Shown piece after piece: positions 27,791-38,252 of a stretch of DNA of 64,000 bases. The notes under the pieces are model-generated. The model saw only the letters and a list, made by a program, of their open reading frames with translations, searched no databases and had not been told where the DNA came from. Every line of letters starts with the position of its first letter. The stretch's first letter is position 1. A program made the position numbers and the translations under genes. The DNA comes from a virus: positions 64,001 through 128,000 of IMG/VR virus record IMGVR_UViG_3300042878_001497, one strand, 5' to 3'.

Positions 27791-27830
27791 TTCCAAGCTA
27801 TTTATATATGTATATAAACATATAAAGGCT

Positions 27831-28013
27831 ATGGACAACAAAAAGCTGACAAGCGTTAGAGTAGAACAGCAGTTATTCGACGAGTTTAAAGTTCAATGCG
27901 TACGCTATAAATTTTCTTTTCAAAAGTTGGCAGATAGAGCTATTTTTTTCTATCTTACAGACGATACGTTTAGAGACAAGGTACATAATCAGAACGATAT
28001 AAACTTAAAATAA
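27831..28013 (+). CDS. Small ribbon-helix-helix-like protein
   Basis: KLTSVRV..LFDEFK..C...SFQKL; follows TATTTATA at 27799. Confidence 0.6.
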   Translation: MDNKKLTSVRVEQQLFDEFKVQCVRYKFSFQKLADRAIFFYLTDDTFRDKVHNQNDINLK

Positions 28014-29461
28014 TGCAAGACAAATTTCGTTATGTTGAGCAGAAAGATCGAAAAAAGATTCTTCTGCTGTGTGATGATATAAGACTCCATTCCGGAGTCG
28101 CTACTATGGCAAGAGAGATTGTAGTAGGCACATCACATCACTTCAATTGGGTAAACTTAGGAGGTGCTATGAAGCATCCCGATGAAAAGAAAGCCTTTGA
28201 TCTCTCAGAAGATGTTAACAAGCAGACCGGTATAACAGATGCTTCAGTGAAGCTATATGCAACATCAGGCTACGGCACTATTGAGGTTATAAGAGAGCTT
28301 CTAAGAGTTGAAAAGCCTGACGCTATCATGCTCTTTACCGATCCTAGATACTGGGCTTGGTTGTTTGATATCGAAAGAGAGCTTAGAACAACAATGCCTC
28401 TCCTGTACTTAAACATTTGGGACGATTACCCTACCCCTCTTTACAATAAAGCTTATTACGAGTGCTGTGATCTTCTTATGTCTATTTCAAAACAGACTAA
28501 GAATATTAACGAGCTTGTGCTAGAAGATGCTGCTAAAGGTAAGGTACTTACTTATGTACCTCACGGTATTAACGAAGAGCACTTCTTCCCTATTACACCT
28601 GAGTCTAAGAATTACGACAAGTACCAGGAGTTCAAAAAGAGCATCTTTGAAGGAAAAGATATTGAGTTTGTAGCGTTCTGGAACTCTAGAAACATCCGAC
28701 GTAAATCACCGGGTGATGTTATTCTAGCCTATAGACAGTTCTGTGATCAAGTAGGTCCAGAGAAAGCAAAGAAATGTGCTCTAATTATGCACACCCAGCC
28801 TGTAGATGAAAACGGAACAGATCTTTACGCAGTTAGAGAAGCTATTTGCGATCCGAGCTACGTTAATGTATTCTTCTCTCAGGACAGATTAGGTCACGAG
28901 CAGATGAACTGGCTGTACAACCTCGCAGATGTTACTATGCTCATCTCTTCTAATGAAGGATGGGGCTTAAGCTTGACTGAATCTATGATGGCAGGTACTA
29001 TGATCATTGGTAACGTTACCGGTGGTATGCAAGACCAGATGAGATTTGTAGATGATAAAGGTCAGTGGTATACTCCTTCGCTTGAAATACCTTCCAACCA
29101 CATGGGTACTTATCTAGAGCATGGAGAGTGGGCTATGCCTGTCTACCCTTCCAACATCTCACTAGTAGGTTCGGTACCTACTCCGTACATCCACGATGAC
29201 AGATGCGACTTCAGAGATGTAGCTGATGTCCTTGAAAGAATCTACATATTGTCTCCCGAAGAAAGAAAGCAGAAAGGACTTGCCGGACGTGAATGGGTAA
29301 CATCAGACGAAGCAATGATGTCTGCTAAGAATATGTCCAAGAATGTGATTCTATCTATCGATCAAACATTTGAAAACTTTACACCTCGTAGCCGATACGA
29401 TGTGATTAAGGTTGAAGATCTTCCTACTAAATATGTAAAACACCCAATGGTATATGAGTAA
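28013..29461 (+). CDS. GT-B glycosyltransferase (GT4-like)
   Basis: PHGIN, NSRNIRRK, SNEGWGLSLTESM. Confidence 0.9.
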   Translation: MQDKFRYVEQKDRKKILLLCDDIRLHSGVATMAREIVVGTSHHFNWVNLGGAMKHPDEKKAFDLSEDVNKQTGITDASVKLYATSGYGTIEVIRELLRVEKPDAIMLFTDPRYWAWLFDIERELRTTMPLLYLNIWDDYPTPLYNKAYYECCDLLMSISKQTKNINELVLEDAAKGKVLTYVPHGINEEHFFPITPESKNYDKYQEFKKSIFEGKDIEFVAFWNSRNIRRKSPGDVILAYRQFCDQVGPEKAKKCALIMHTQPVDENGTDLYAVREAICDPSYVNVFFSQDRLGHEQMNWLYNLADVTMLISSNEGWGLSLTESMMAGTMIIGNVTGGMQDQMRFVDDKGQWYTPSLEIPSNHMGTYLEHGEWAMPVYPSNISLVGSVPTPYIHDDRCDFRDVADVLERIYILSPEERKQKGLAGREWVTSDEAMMSAKNMSKNVILSIDQTFENFTPRSRYDVIKVEDLPTKYVKHPMVYE

Positions 29462-30725
29462 GCCAACAGTTTTAGTTAGTTGTCCAATTGATACGTACTC
29501 TGGATACGGAGGCCGTTCTAGAGATTTTGTTAAAGCCTTAATTAGTACAGGTAAATATAATGTCTATATTCTATCTCAACGCTGGGGGAATACTCGGTTT
29601 GGATATCTAAAAGACCATTCAGAGCATGATCTAGCTTCAAAGATTGTACCAAACGTTACAGGTCAACCTGATATCTGGATTCAAATTACAGTACCTAATG
29701 AGTTCCAACCTATTGGAAAGTATAACATAGGAGTTACAGCCGGTATCGAAACTACAATCTGTGATCCAAGTTGGATTGAAGGCTGTAATAGAATGAACCT
29801 CACACTAGTATCCTCTCAGCATGCTAAAGAAACTTTTGAGAGAAGTAAGTTTGAAGTGCAAGATAAGGGTAAGACTACAGGTACAATTGAACTGCAGAAG
29901 CCTATTGAAGTATTATTTGAAGGATTGGATATTGAAAAATATAAACCTGTTACTAGTAGTACTTTTAACCTCTCTGCAGTAGAAGAATCTTTTGCTTACC
30001 TCTTTGTAGGACATTGGCTGCAAGGAGACTTTGGACAGGATAGAAAAAATGTAGGATACCTTGTAAAAGCTTTCTTAGAAAGTTTTAAGAATAAGAAAGA
30101 CGCTCCTGCTTTAATCTTAAAGACTCAATCTGCTAACGCTTCTATCTTGGATAGAAACCAAGTACTAAAAAAGATTGACGATATTAGAAAGAGTATTAAA
30201 GGTACTTTACCTAACATCTACCTACTTCACGGAGAGATGTCTGATGAAGAAGTTAATATGTTATACAATCATCCTAAAGTCAAAGCAATGGTTAGCTTTA
30301 CTAAAGGAGAAGGATTTGGCAGACCTCTTCTAGAATTCTCAGCTGTGAATAAACCTATCATAGCTTCAGGATGGTCAGGGCATATCGACTTCTTAGATAA
30401 GGAATTTACTTACCTTGTTGCCGGTACTCTGACTAACGTACATAAGAGTGCTGCAATAGATAAAATGCTATTAAAAGAAGCTCAATGGTTTACACCAGAC
30501 GATGCACAGACAGGAACTGCTTTGCGTATGGTATTTGACAACTATAAGAAGTATGCAGAGCTAGCTAAGAGACAGGGATATAAGTCTCGTACAAACTTTA
30601 GCTGGGAGAAGATGGCAGAGCAATTAGATCAAATTCTCTCAAGTAATCTTCCTGAGTTCCCTAAGCAAGTTGAACTTAAACTACCAACATTACAGCTACC
30701 TAAACTACAGAAAATAAATGGATAA
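29454..30725 (+). CDS. GT-B glycosyltransferase (GT4-like)
   Basis: DRKNV, KGEGFGRPLLE, WSGHIDF. Confidence 0.9.
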   Translation: MSKPTVLVSCPIDTYSGYGGRSRDFVKALISTGKYNVYILSQRWGNTRFGYLKDHSEHDLASKIVPNVTGQPDIWIQITVPNEFQPIGKYNIGVTAGIETTICDPSWIEGCNRMNLTLVSSQHAKETFERSKFEVQDKGKTTGTIELQKPIEVLFEGLDIEKYKPVTSSTFNLSAVEESFAYLFVGHWLQGDFGQDRKNVGYLVKAFLESFKNKKDAPALILKTQSANASILDRNQVLKKIDDIRKSIKGTLPNIYLLHGEMSDEEVNMLYNHPKVKAMVSFTKGEGFGRPLLEFSAVNKPIIASGWSGHIDFLDKEFTYLVAGTLTNVHKSAAIDKMLLKEAQWFTPDDAQTGTALRMVFDNYKKYAELAKRQGYKSRTNFSWEKMAEQLDQILSSNLPEFPKQVELKLPTLQLPKLQKING

Positions 30726-31155
30726 GTTAACCGATTGTAAAAGATGCGGCTCTAATGCCTGCTACGAACAGCACATCAACGAACAGCTAACAACCTGGTT
30801 ATGTATGGGATGTGGCTTTACAACCTCTACTGTTATGACAGAAGGAAGCCAGCCAGTCACTCAAGCCTTAGAATCCTCTCCAGAACTCTACAAAGACCTT
30901 CTTCATAAAGATCAAGACGATCATATATGGATGCCTGCTACGGTAACACTGCCTGGTAAAGGAATGGTGTTTATCGACGGCAGTACTAAAGAGAATTGGA
31001 GATGGGCAGCCGTTAAAGCTGTTGAGATTCTTAAAGAAGAACAGCACAAGTACCCTGAAGGGCAGACTCATAAAATGGATATGAAAGGAGCTCAAAACTT
31101 CGAACAGAGAGACTTTATGGACGCATTACAAGTAATTGGCTTTTACGAAATGTAA
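30718..31155 (+). CDS. Zn-finger hypothetical protein
   Basis: CKRC...CMGC. Confidence 0.7.
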   Translation: MDKLTDCKRCGSNACYEQHINEQLTTWLCMGCGFTTSTVMTEGSQPVTQALESSPELYKDLLHKDQDDHIWMPATVTLPGKGMVFIDGSTKENWRWAAVKAVEILKEEQHKYPEGQTHKMDMKGAQNFEQRDFMDALQVIGFYEM

Positions 31156-31781
31156 TGAAAATTAGTTACGCAGTAACGGTTTGTAATGAGCTTGTAGAGA
31201 TACAACGACTGCTTCCTTTCCTAATTCAGAACAAGAGGCAGGAGGATGAGATCATTATCTTTTACGATTCCAATAATGGAACTAAGGCAGTAGATGAGTA
31301 TCTAAGAAGTCTATCTACGAATACATTTGCTCCATTTCGGTACATTAGTTACCACTTCGACGGGCACTTTGCTAACATGAAGAATGCTTTGACTGAAGCT
31401 TGCTTGGGAGATTATATCTTTCAGATTGATGCTGATGAGATGCCTAGCAGTTTTCTAATGCAGCATCTCCCTGCTCTACTTGAAATGAATCAGGTAGATG
31501 TTATACTAGTACCTCGAATCAACACAGTAGAAGGACTAACCCTAGAGCATGTACAGAAGTGGAACTGGGCTATTAACGAAAAAGACTGGGTAAACTTTCC
31601 AGACTATCAATGGAGGATCTATAAAAGATCTTCAGATATTAAATGGGTAAGCAAGGTACATGAATACCTAGAAGGATTTAAAACCGCTTCCCCGCTTCCC
31701 CCTCAGGAAGAATGGTGCTTGTTCCATCCTAAAACAATCCAGCGTCAAGAAAAACAAAACGCTTACTACGATACTTTATGA
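31155..31781 (+). CDS. GT2 glycosyltransferase
   Basis: ISYAVTVCNE, QIDADE, PDYQWR, KVHE. Confidence 0.9.
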   Translation: MKISYAVTVCNELVEIQRLLPFLIQNKRQEDEIIIFYDSNNGTKAVDEYLRSLSTNTFAPFRYISYHFDGHFANMKNALTEACLGDYIFQIDADEMPSSFLMQHLPALLEMNQVDVILVPRINTVEGLTLEHVQKWNWAINEKDWVNFPDYQWRIYKRSSDIKWVSKVHEYLEGFKTASPLPPQEEWCLFHPKTIQRQEKQNAYYDTL

Positions 31782-32803
31782 TAAAGATTCGGTTAGTACA
31801 ACCTGACCTACACCGCAATGAGATTGCTTTCCGTCCATATTGGAGAGCTAAAGACTTATTCAAAGAGGTAGGTATAGAGTTTACAACCGAGGATAGTTCA
31901 TACGATTTTGCTTTTATTGCTCAAGCAAGCTTCATAGATAAGCAAGCAAGCTTAGCCGAATCGGTTGAGAAAGGTATTGAGTTTGTATCAAAGTTTGGTA
32001 AGGATGTTCTACTGCTTGATGGACAAGATTCACATTCCCTAATAGGAACAGTTGAAGTACTCCAAGCAACCGAGGTAAAAGTTTTATTTAAGAATACTTT
32101 ACTCAAAGATCTCTCGCTATACGAACAGGGCTGGGTTAATGGAAGAACATACTGGGGTGCTGGAGATTACAAAGTACCTTTTATTAATCAAGTTAAGGAC
32201 AGGATTAAGCTAAGCGGTACAAACTGGCTCTCTACAATCACCCCAACCTGGTATAATTACTCTTCAGACAAGCCTTACGATGTGTCGTGTATGTTTAGCT
32301 GGGGGGATAATTTAAATTATGAGTATACAAATTTAACTTCTCCTTACTACGACACCCACCGCAAAGAGTTACTAGAGAAGTTAGAAGGTACTTCTTATAA
32401 GGTTGCAAGGAGAGAAAAAGGAGTAAAAATTCCTCAAGAGCAATTCTACCAGAATATGTACAACTCTAAGATTGTAACAGCTCCTATCGGATATGGAGAG
32501 ATGGCAGTACGGGATATTGAAGCAGCAAGCTTTGGAAGTATTCTTCTTAAACCTGATATGTCTCATCTAGATTCTTATCCGTTTATCTACCAGGATAATG
32601 AAACCTATATTGCCTGTAAGTACGATTGGTCGGATGTAGAAGAAAAGATCGAACACATCTTCAGGAACTATAAAGAACTTCAACCCTACTTAGTAGAGAA
32701 TATGCGAAGAGCTTACACTACTCAGTACTCTAATCAGAGCTTAGTAGAATATTTTTACAAACAGTTATCAACAGTAGAGGGGATAGGGTATGAGAATAAC
32801 TAA
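31778..32803 (+). CDS. GT-B glycosyltransferase-like protein
   Basis: SKIVTAPIGYGE...RDIEA...LLKPDMS. Confidence 0.7.
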   Translation: MIKIRLVQPDLHRNEIAFRPYWRAKDLFKEVGIEFTTEDSSYDFAFIAQASFIDKQASLAESVEKGIEFVSKFGKDVLLLDGQDSHSLIGTVEVLQATEVKVLFKNTLLKDLSLYEQGWVNGRTYWGAGDYKVPFINQVKDRIKLSGTNWLSTITPTWYNYSSDKPYDVSCMFSWGDNLNYEYTNLTSPYYDTHRKELLEKLEGTSYKVARREKGVKIPQEQFYQNMYNSKIVTAPIGYGEMAVRDIEAASFGSILLKPDMSHLDSYPFIYQDNETYIACKYDWSDVEEKIEHIFRNYKELQPYLVENMRRAYTTQYSNQSLVEYFYKQLSTVEGIGYENN

Positions 32804-33218
32804 TATAGATACGCTGAGTGCGTACTTGGATAGGTTGATCACTGAAAATATTAAGCTATACTTCTTTGAGAAAGATAACCTAGATGAAAAAGCTAGCCAC
32901 CAGAAGCTTTTAATTAAAGAAGTAAAAGGAAAAATAACCGAACTACTAGTTGACTCTCTAGAAAATAGGTCTTATATTTATTTAGAAGAGCATCGTACCT
33001 TTGACGAAAATTCTATTGTTGAACAGCTAGAGGAGCTTATCCGAAACGATATCAACATAGGAGAAGCCGATCGAGCTAGATTAGAAGAGACTAAAAAAAG
33101 CAAACCTAATCTTGAAAGAATGGTTGTTAACGAAAAAAGGCTTCGCAAAGCTAACGAAGGTAGAGCAGCCAACAAAAACAATATCGATAAAATATTTAAA
33201 CGCATAGCTGAAAAATGA
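32790..33218 (+). CDS. Helical hypothetical protein in the glycosylation island
   Basis: TLSAYLDRLITENIK; overlaps both neighbours. Confidence 0.65.
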   Translation: MRITNIDTLSAYLDRLITENIKLYFFEKDNLDEKASHQKLLIKEVKGKITELLVDSLENRSYIYLEEHRTFDENSIVEQLEELIRNDINIGEADRARLEETKKSKPNLERMVVNEKRLRKANEGRAANKNNIDKIFKRIAEK

Positions 33219-34213
33219 ACAAGACTGTTTTAATTACAGGTGTAGCTGGCCTACTAGGATCTAGACTAGCAGATTGGATTATAAAAAATAAACCCGGCTA
33301 CAGGGTAGTAGGTATTGACGATCTTAGCGGCGGATATAAAGAAAACGTTAACCCAGAAGTTGAGTTCTGGCAGATGGATTTAGTCAATCATCCTATCGAA
33401 AATTGCTTTGAAGTTCATAAACCAGACTACGTTTTTCACTTTGCAGCCTATGCCGCAGAAGGTCTCTCTCCTTTTATTCGGACTTACAATTACAAGAACA
33501 ATCTCGTAGCTACAGCTCGGATCGTTAATGAATGTATCAAGCACGATGTAGAGCGACTAGTATTCACTTCCACCATGGCAGTTTACGGCTTTGGGGAAGG
33601 AGGAATCTTCCACGAAGATATGAGACGAGCTCCTATCGATCCTTACGGAGTAGCTAAAGCAGCTTGTGAGCATGATATTGAAATTGCAAACGAACAGCAC
33701 GGACTTGACTACTGTATTATCAGACCTCATAACGTCTACGGTGCTAACCAAAACATCTGGGATAAGTACCGCAACGTTCTTGGAATCTGGATGTACTATC
33801 ATATGGAAGGTCAGCCGGTAACTATTTTTGGAGACGGTACTCAAAAGAGAGCATTTAGTTACATCGATGATTCTTTAGAGCCTCTATGGAATGCTGCAGT
33901 ACGCCCTGAAGCTTCCAAGCAGATTATTAACCTAGGAGGTATTCAAGAGTATTCTATCAACGAAGCAGCTGATATTCTAACTGAAGTTGTTGGAGGTGCT
34001 GAAAGAGTTTATTTAGAGAAACGCCACGAGGTACATTACGCTATCCCAACCTACGACAAGTCTATCGAGCTACTAGGATTCCAGCACAAAACAGATCTTA
34101 AAGAAGGTTTGACTAAGATGTGGGAATGGGCTCAGCACCAACCTAAACGAGAGAGATTTGTTTGGGAGAATTACGAAATAGAAAAAGGAATTTATTCGTT
34201 CTGGAAAAAATAA
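33215..34213 (+). CDS. NAD-dependent nucleotide-sugar epimerase/dehydratase
   Basis: TGVAGLLGS, YGVAK, RPHNVYG. Confidence 0.92.
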   Translation: MNKTVLITGVAGLLGSRLADWIIKNKPGYRVVGIDDLSGGYKENVNPEVEFWQMDLVNHPIENCFEVHKPDYVFHFAAYAAEGLSPFIRTYNYKNNLVATARIVNECIKHDVERLVFTSTMAVYGFGEGGIFHEDMRRAPIDPYGVAKAACEHDIEIANEQHGLDYCIIRPHNVYGANQNIWDKYRNVLGIWMYYHMEGQPVTIFGDGTQKRAFSYIDDSLEPLWNAAVRPEASKQIINLGGIQEYSINEAADILTEVVGGAERVYLEKRHEVHYAIPTYDKSIELLGFQHKTDLKEGLTKMWEWAQHQPKRERFVWENYEIEKGIYSFWKK

Positions 34214-34215
34214 AC

Positions 34216-35100
34216 ATGAAGCGGATTGTTATAATTCCTTGCTTTGGTGAAGGGCACTTTACTGCCTTACAGATTGAAAATCTTGTAAACACTATAAAGC
34301 CTACTCACATTATTTACAATGAAGGACTATTCCCAAAAGGACCTGAAAATAAAGGAGGAGTAGATGAAAGCTTTCGTAAAGAGTTCTGTTTCGAGGATAC
34401 TAACCTAGCCTGGGATACGCAAGTAGTACAAGCAGCTGTAAAAGAAGCTCAAATAAAGTACCCCGAGATACAAATTACCTGGAATGCAGTAGACTACTCA
34501 GCCATAGATGCTAACGACTGCTACGTACATTCAGTTAGTAACTTTGAAGAATTAGGTGTAGTTGTACAAGAAGGAGATTTGATATTTCCTCTCGAAGGAG
34601 ATGTATTCTTTCACAAAAATGATACCGACTTACTAGAAGAACTTATCTCCAATTTAAATCCTGATGAAGGTCTTCAAGCTCCGTACTTAGACTTTATGGA
34701 GAATCAATACTACATAGAGGCAGAAAGTTTAGATCCTTCCCGCATTCATAAAAGAAGAATTGTTATTAAGTTTGGAACCTGGGAATACTACAGAGAGGTT
34801 GTAAAGAACTTCACAAGTCAGAAATACCCTCAACTAACAATCTTTCCAAGATACGTATTTCACTATGCCTGGTGGAGACCCGGTAAGTATAAAGATCTTA
34901 GATTTAGACAACTCATACGCCCAGAAGCTTACAGAAATGCTTTTAAGTCTGCATTAGAGCAGGCTAAGCATAACAACCAGGACAATATTATTATCAGGCC
35001 GGATAGATTAGAAGCTGATCCTCTACGTTATATAACTCGAATTAATATAGATCACCCGTTGGAGATCTATACTCATCCTAACTATATTAAAGCATTATGA
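34216..35100 (+). CDS. Putative GT-A glycosyltransferase
   Basis: IVIIPCFGE, EGD, FHYAW; island context. Confidence 0.5.
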   Translation: MKRIVIIPCFGEGHFTALQIENLVNTIKPTHIIYNEGLFPKGPENKGGVDESFRKEFCFEDTNLAWDTQVVQAAVKEAQIKYPEIQITWNAVDYSAIDANDCYVHSVSNFEELGVVVQEGDLIFPLEGDVFFHKNDTDLLEELISNLNPDEGLQAPYLDFMENQYYIEAESLDPSRIHKRRIVIKFGTWEYYREVVKNFTSQKYPQLTIFPRYVFHYAWWRPGKYKDLRFRQLIRPEAYRNAFKSALEQAKHNNQDNIIIRPDRLEADPLRYITRINIDHPLEIYTHPNYIKAL

Positions 35101-35831
35101 CACTAGCAGTTATTTACAACCACAATCTTCCTGATCTAACCGATCAGCTTTTTGAATCTCTAGAAGCACATAGAGATGATTCTTATGACCTAATCATTAT
35201 AGATAACGGTTCTACACCGGAAGGTAAAAGCAAATACACTACTCACGAGACAGGACAGAATGTTTACTTTGGGGGAGCTTTAAACCTTGCTATGCAATTG
35301 TTTTTAGAGAACAAAGAATACGACAGTCTGCTTTCTCTCAATAACGATTTAATTCTACATGGAGGTAACTTTGTTAAATCTCTTCGCAAAGCTATGTTCG
35401 AAAAAGATTACAAAATTGTTTCTCCTTGTGTACTACAGCCTCAAAAGAACCAGTGCAAATGGAAGTATGTTCATTGCTGGTCTGCTACCGAAGTACGTGA
35501 TGTTAAGTGGGTAGACTTTCAAGCACCTTTAATGCATAGAGACTTAGTTGAGAAGATTAGTCAGTTTTCTAATCAGCTGATCTACGGCTGGGGACAGGAT
35601 GTATACTCAGGTATTGTTTGTGAACAGAACAACTGGAAAGTAGGAGTTGTTGACTGGTGTCCAGTCATACATTACTCTGCTCAGACCTACAAGCAGGAAA
35701 AGAGTGACTTATCTCTTAATGAATATTGCCGTAATGCTGAAGGAAATATGTTCAAGTTCTTTGAAGATAACGATTTAGTTCGTATATTCAATGAATACAG
35801 AACTCTCTCTGCAAACTACACATATGCGTAA
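35097..35831 (+). CDS. GT2 glycosyltransferase
   Basis: IIDNGS, LNND, GWGQD. Confidence 0.85.
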   Translation: MTLAVIYNHNLPDLTDQLFESLEAHRDDSYDLIIIDNGSTPEGKSKYTTHETGQNVYFGGALNLAMQLFLENKEYDSLLSLNNDLILHGGNFVKSLRKAMFEKDYKIVSPCVLQPQKNQCKWKYVHCWSATEVRDVKWVDFQAPLMHRDLVEKISQFSNQLIYGWGQDVYSGIVCEQNNWKVGVVDWCPVIHYSAQTYKQEKSDLSLNEYCRNAEGNMFKFFEDNDLVRIFNEYRTLSANYTYA

Positions 35832-36561
35832 CGTTGTTTTTATCACAAACCTTAACACTAATTACGACACTGTTAACTATTCTCAGTTCTGCTTAGCTAC
35901 CTGGCAGCACTGGTGTAAGCGACACGATGTAGAACTTATCGTATTAGATCAACCTCTAGTAGATCCTACTGAGATGAAAGCTACCTGGCAGAGGTGGTAC
36001 GTCTTAGACATACTAGAGACAAATAATATTGAATACGATCAAGTAGCATTAGTGGATATTGATACGATGATACACTGGGATGCTCCTAATTTCTTTAATG
36101 AAACTAAGCACAACCTAGCAGCCTGTGTCGATAACGATAATGTAGGTTGGGTATGGCAGAGCTTGGAAGGCTACCAACACTTATTTCCAGAAGTAAAGCT
36201 GGATTGGGTCAACTATTACAACTGCGGATTTGTTGTAATAAACAAACAGCATAAAGAATTGTGCACTGCTATTACAGATTTCTGGCATAATAACGCAGAA
36301 ACGTTAACAAACCTGCAGACAACTTTGCGCAAAGGTACAGATCAAACACCTGTTAACTACCTTACACGGCAGTTAGACTACGATGTAACTCTACTTAATA
36401 AGAGATGGAATCTCACTCACTTAAATCGCAAAGAACTTCTTAACGATTTTATGTTTGTAGATTGCGGTTACGTATGGCATTTTAACGGCTTTGATAAAGA
36501 GCACCGTGTTCATTTTATGAGTCAGACCTGGAGCAAATACAGAGATCAATATGAAAACTAA
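35824..36561 (+). CDS. GT-A glycosyltransferase (GT8/GT34-like)
   Basis: VDIDTM, YYNCGFVV, TDQT..N, WN, HFNG. Confidence 0.8.
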   Translation: MRNVVFITNLNTNYDTVNYSQFCLATWQHWCKRHDVELIVLDQPLVDPTEMKATWQRWYVLDILETNNIEYDQVALVDIDTMIHWDAPNFFNETKHNLAACVDNDNVGWVWQSLEGYQHLFPEVKLDWVNYYNCGFVVINKQHKELCTAITDFWHNNAETLTNLQTTLRKGTDQTPVNYLTRQLDYDVTLLNKRWNLTHLNRKELLNDFMFVDCGYVWHFNGFDKEHRVHFMSQTWSKYRDQYEN

Positions 36562-37513
36562 ATTTGCAATTGGCTGTCTAGTACAATGGTACGAAATTGA
36601 AATGCTTCCAGAGTATATTGATACTCTTTTAGCAGCTGTTGACATATACGATAAAGACCAAGTACTTATCGATATTAAGCTCACCACTAACCAAGAACTA
36701 GAACAATTAGATAATCCAGACAGGTTAGCTTATATTCTATCTCAGTTTGAGAAGCAAGTGGAAAGACTTAATGAATACTCAGCAAATGTTTATATTGATG
36801 AAACTCTTATAACTATAGCAGATTATCGAAGAGAGTTTAATGCCAAGTACTGTACTATGGTTGATGTACTGGTGTGGGGTGAATCAGATATGTTAGTCCC
36901 AAAGCAGGCATTTGTAGTCACAGATCACCTACACCAGAATGTAAAACATACTCCTAAGTACATTGCAACATTCGGTATTTGTAAAATGTGGGATAAAAGC
37001 TGGGAACCACTAGAGCATCCAGAATTTACAAATAAACCTTTTATAGAAGGAGATACAGAAAATTGGTGGAGCATTCCTTATACTATGTCAGAAGAGGAAA
37101 TGAATAGCTTTAACAACATTGAAGAACTACAAGTATCTACTATTAGTCCGCACAAATTTAACGGATGCGGATTAGTAATATCTTCAGAAGTTATTAAAGC
37201 AGGAGTTAACATTCCTTCCTCTGTTTTCTTTATTCACGAAGATACAGCGTTCATGCACGTACTGCATCAGTTACTCCCTACTACTCCTCAATACCATTTT
37301 AGGAATTTGCTAGTAGTACACAATAGAAAACATCCTCAGAAGAGAAACTACATTGCCGGAGAGCAATCTTTTGAAAGCGTGGATATCGATAATAAGAGAA
37401 AATCTCATAACTGGTATAAATTAGCTAACGAATATTGCAGAACCAATACCAACAATTTATTCAACCCTAACTACAAGTCCTACACCTGGCAGGACGTTTT
37501 TAAAGATGCTTAA
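36551..37513 (+). CDS. Putative GT-A glycosyltransferase
   Basis: WGESD, IHEDTAF; island context. Confidence 0.55.
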   Translation: MKTKFAIGCLVQWYEIEMLPEYIDTLLAAVDIYDKDQVLIDIKLTTNQELEQLDNPDRLAYILSQFEKQVERLNEYSANVYIDETLITIADYRREFNAKYCTMVDVLVWGESDMLVPKQAFVVTDHLHQNVKHTPKYIATFGICKMWDKSWEPLEHPEFTNKPFIEGDTENWWSIPYTMSEEEMNSFNNIEELQVSTISPHKFNGCGLVISSEVIKAGVNIPSSVFFIHEDTAFMHVLHQLLPTTPQYHFRNLLVVHNRKHPQKRNYIAGEQSFESVDIDNKRKSHNWYKLANEYCRTNTNNLFNPNYKSYTWQDVFKDA

Positions 37514-38252
37514 AATATACTACAGAATATCTGAGGCAGGTTATAATAAGATTAAACCACCTTATATTAATAATGAGAATTGCCTGCGAAACTTTGTAAA
37601 GCATTTCGATCCTAGCTCTATTACTGTAATTGCGGATAATATAGGAGAGGAGACTTTTGAAATGATCTGCAAGTATGTACCGGCTGAAAATATTCAAAGA
37701 CATTCTGTAGGTAATGGAGCAGGTACATTCAATCTTGCTTTAGATCAAGCCCTTCAGCTAGAAGATGACACTACAGTATACTTCGTAGAAAATGACTACC
37801 TGCATAGAGCAGGAGCTAGACAAGCTCTAGAAGAAATCTTTCAGACAGGAGTACAGTACATTACTCTTTACGATCATCCAGATAAGTACGTACTAGCAGA
37901 ACATGGAGGAAACAAACTATGTAAAGATGGTCCTGAGATTACTCGTGTATTTGTATCTCGCTACTCTCACTGGAAGGTTACTAATTCAACTACTATGACC
38001 TTTGCTGCTAAAGCAAAGACATTAAAAGCAGACGAAGACATCCTACGGAAGTATACAAACGGCATACATCCAGAGAGTGGAAAAGTTACAGGCCATCCTT
38101 ATGACTTCTCTATGTTTTTGGAATTAAACGCTCGCAAGCGTGTATTAATAAGCCCGATACCCGGGTACTCAACTCATGGAGAGACTTATTTTATGTCTCC
38201 TTTAATCAACTGGGAAAACGAAGTCGATGATTACCACGTGCATCTCCACTAA
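37506..38252 (+). CDS. Putative GT-A glycosyltransferase
   Basis: YFVENDYLH, YDHPDKY, PGYSTH. Confidence 0.7.
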   Translation: MLKIYYRISEAGYNKIKPPYINNENCLRNFVKHFDPSSITVIADNIGEETFEMICKYVPAENIQRHSVGNGAGTFNLALDQALQLEDDTTVYFVENDYLHRAGARQALEEIFQTGVQYITLYDHPDKYVLAEHGGNKLCKDGPEITRVFVSRYSHWKVTNSTTMTFAAKAKTLKADEDILRKYTNGIHPESGKVTGHPYDFSMFLELNARKRVLISPIPGYSTHGETYFMSPLINWENEVDDYHVHLH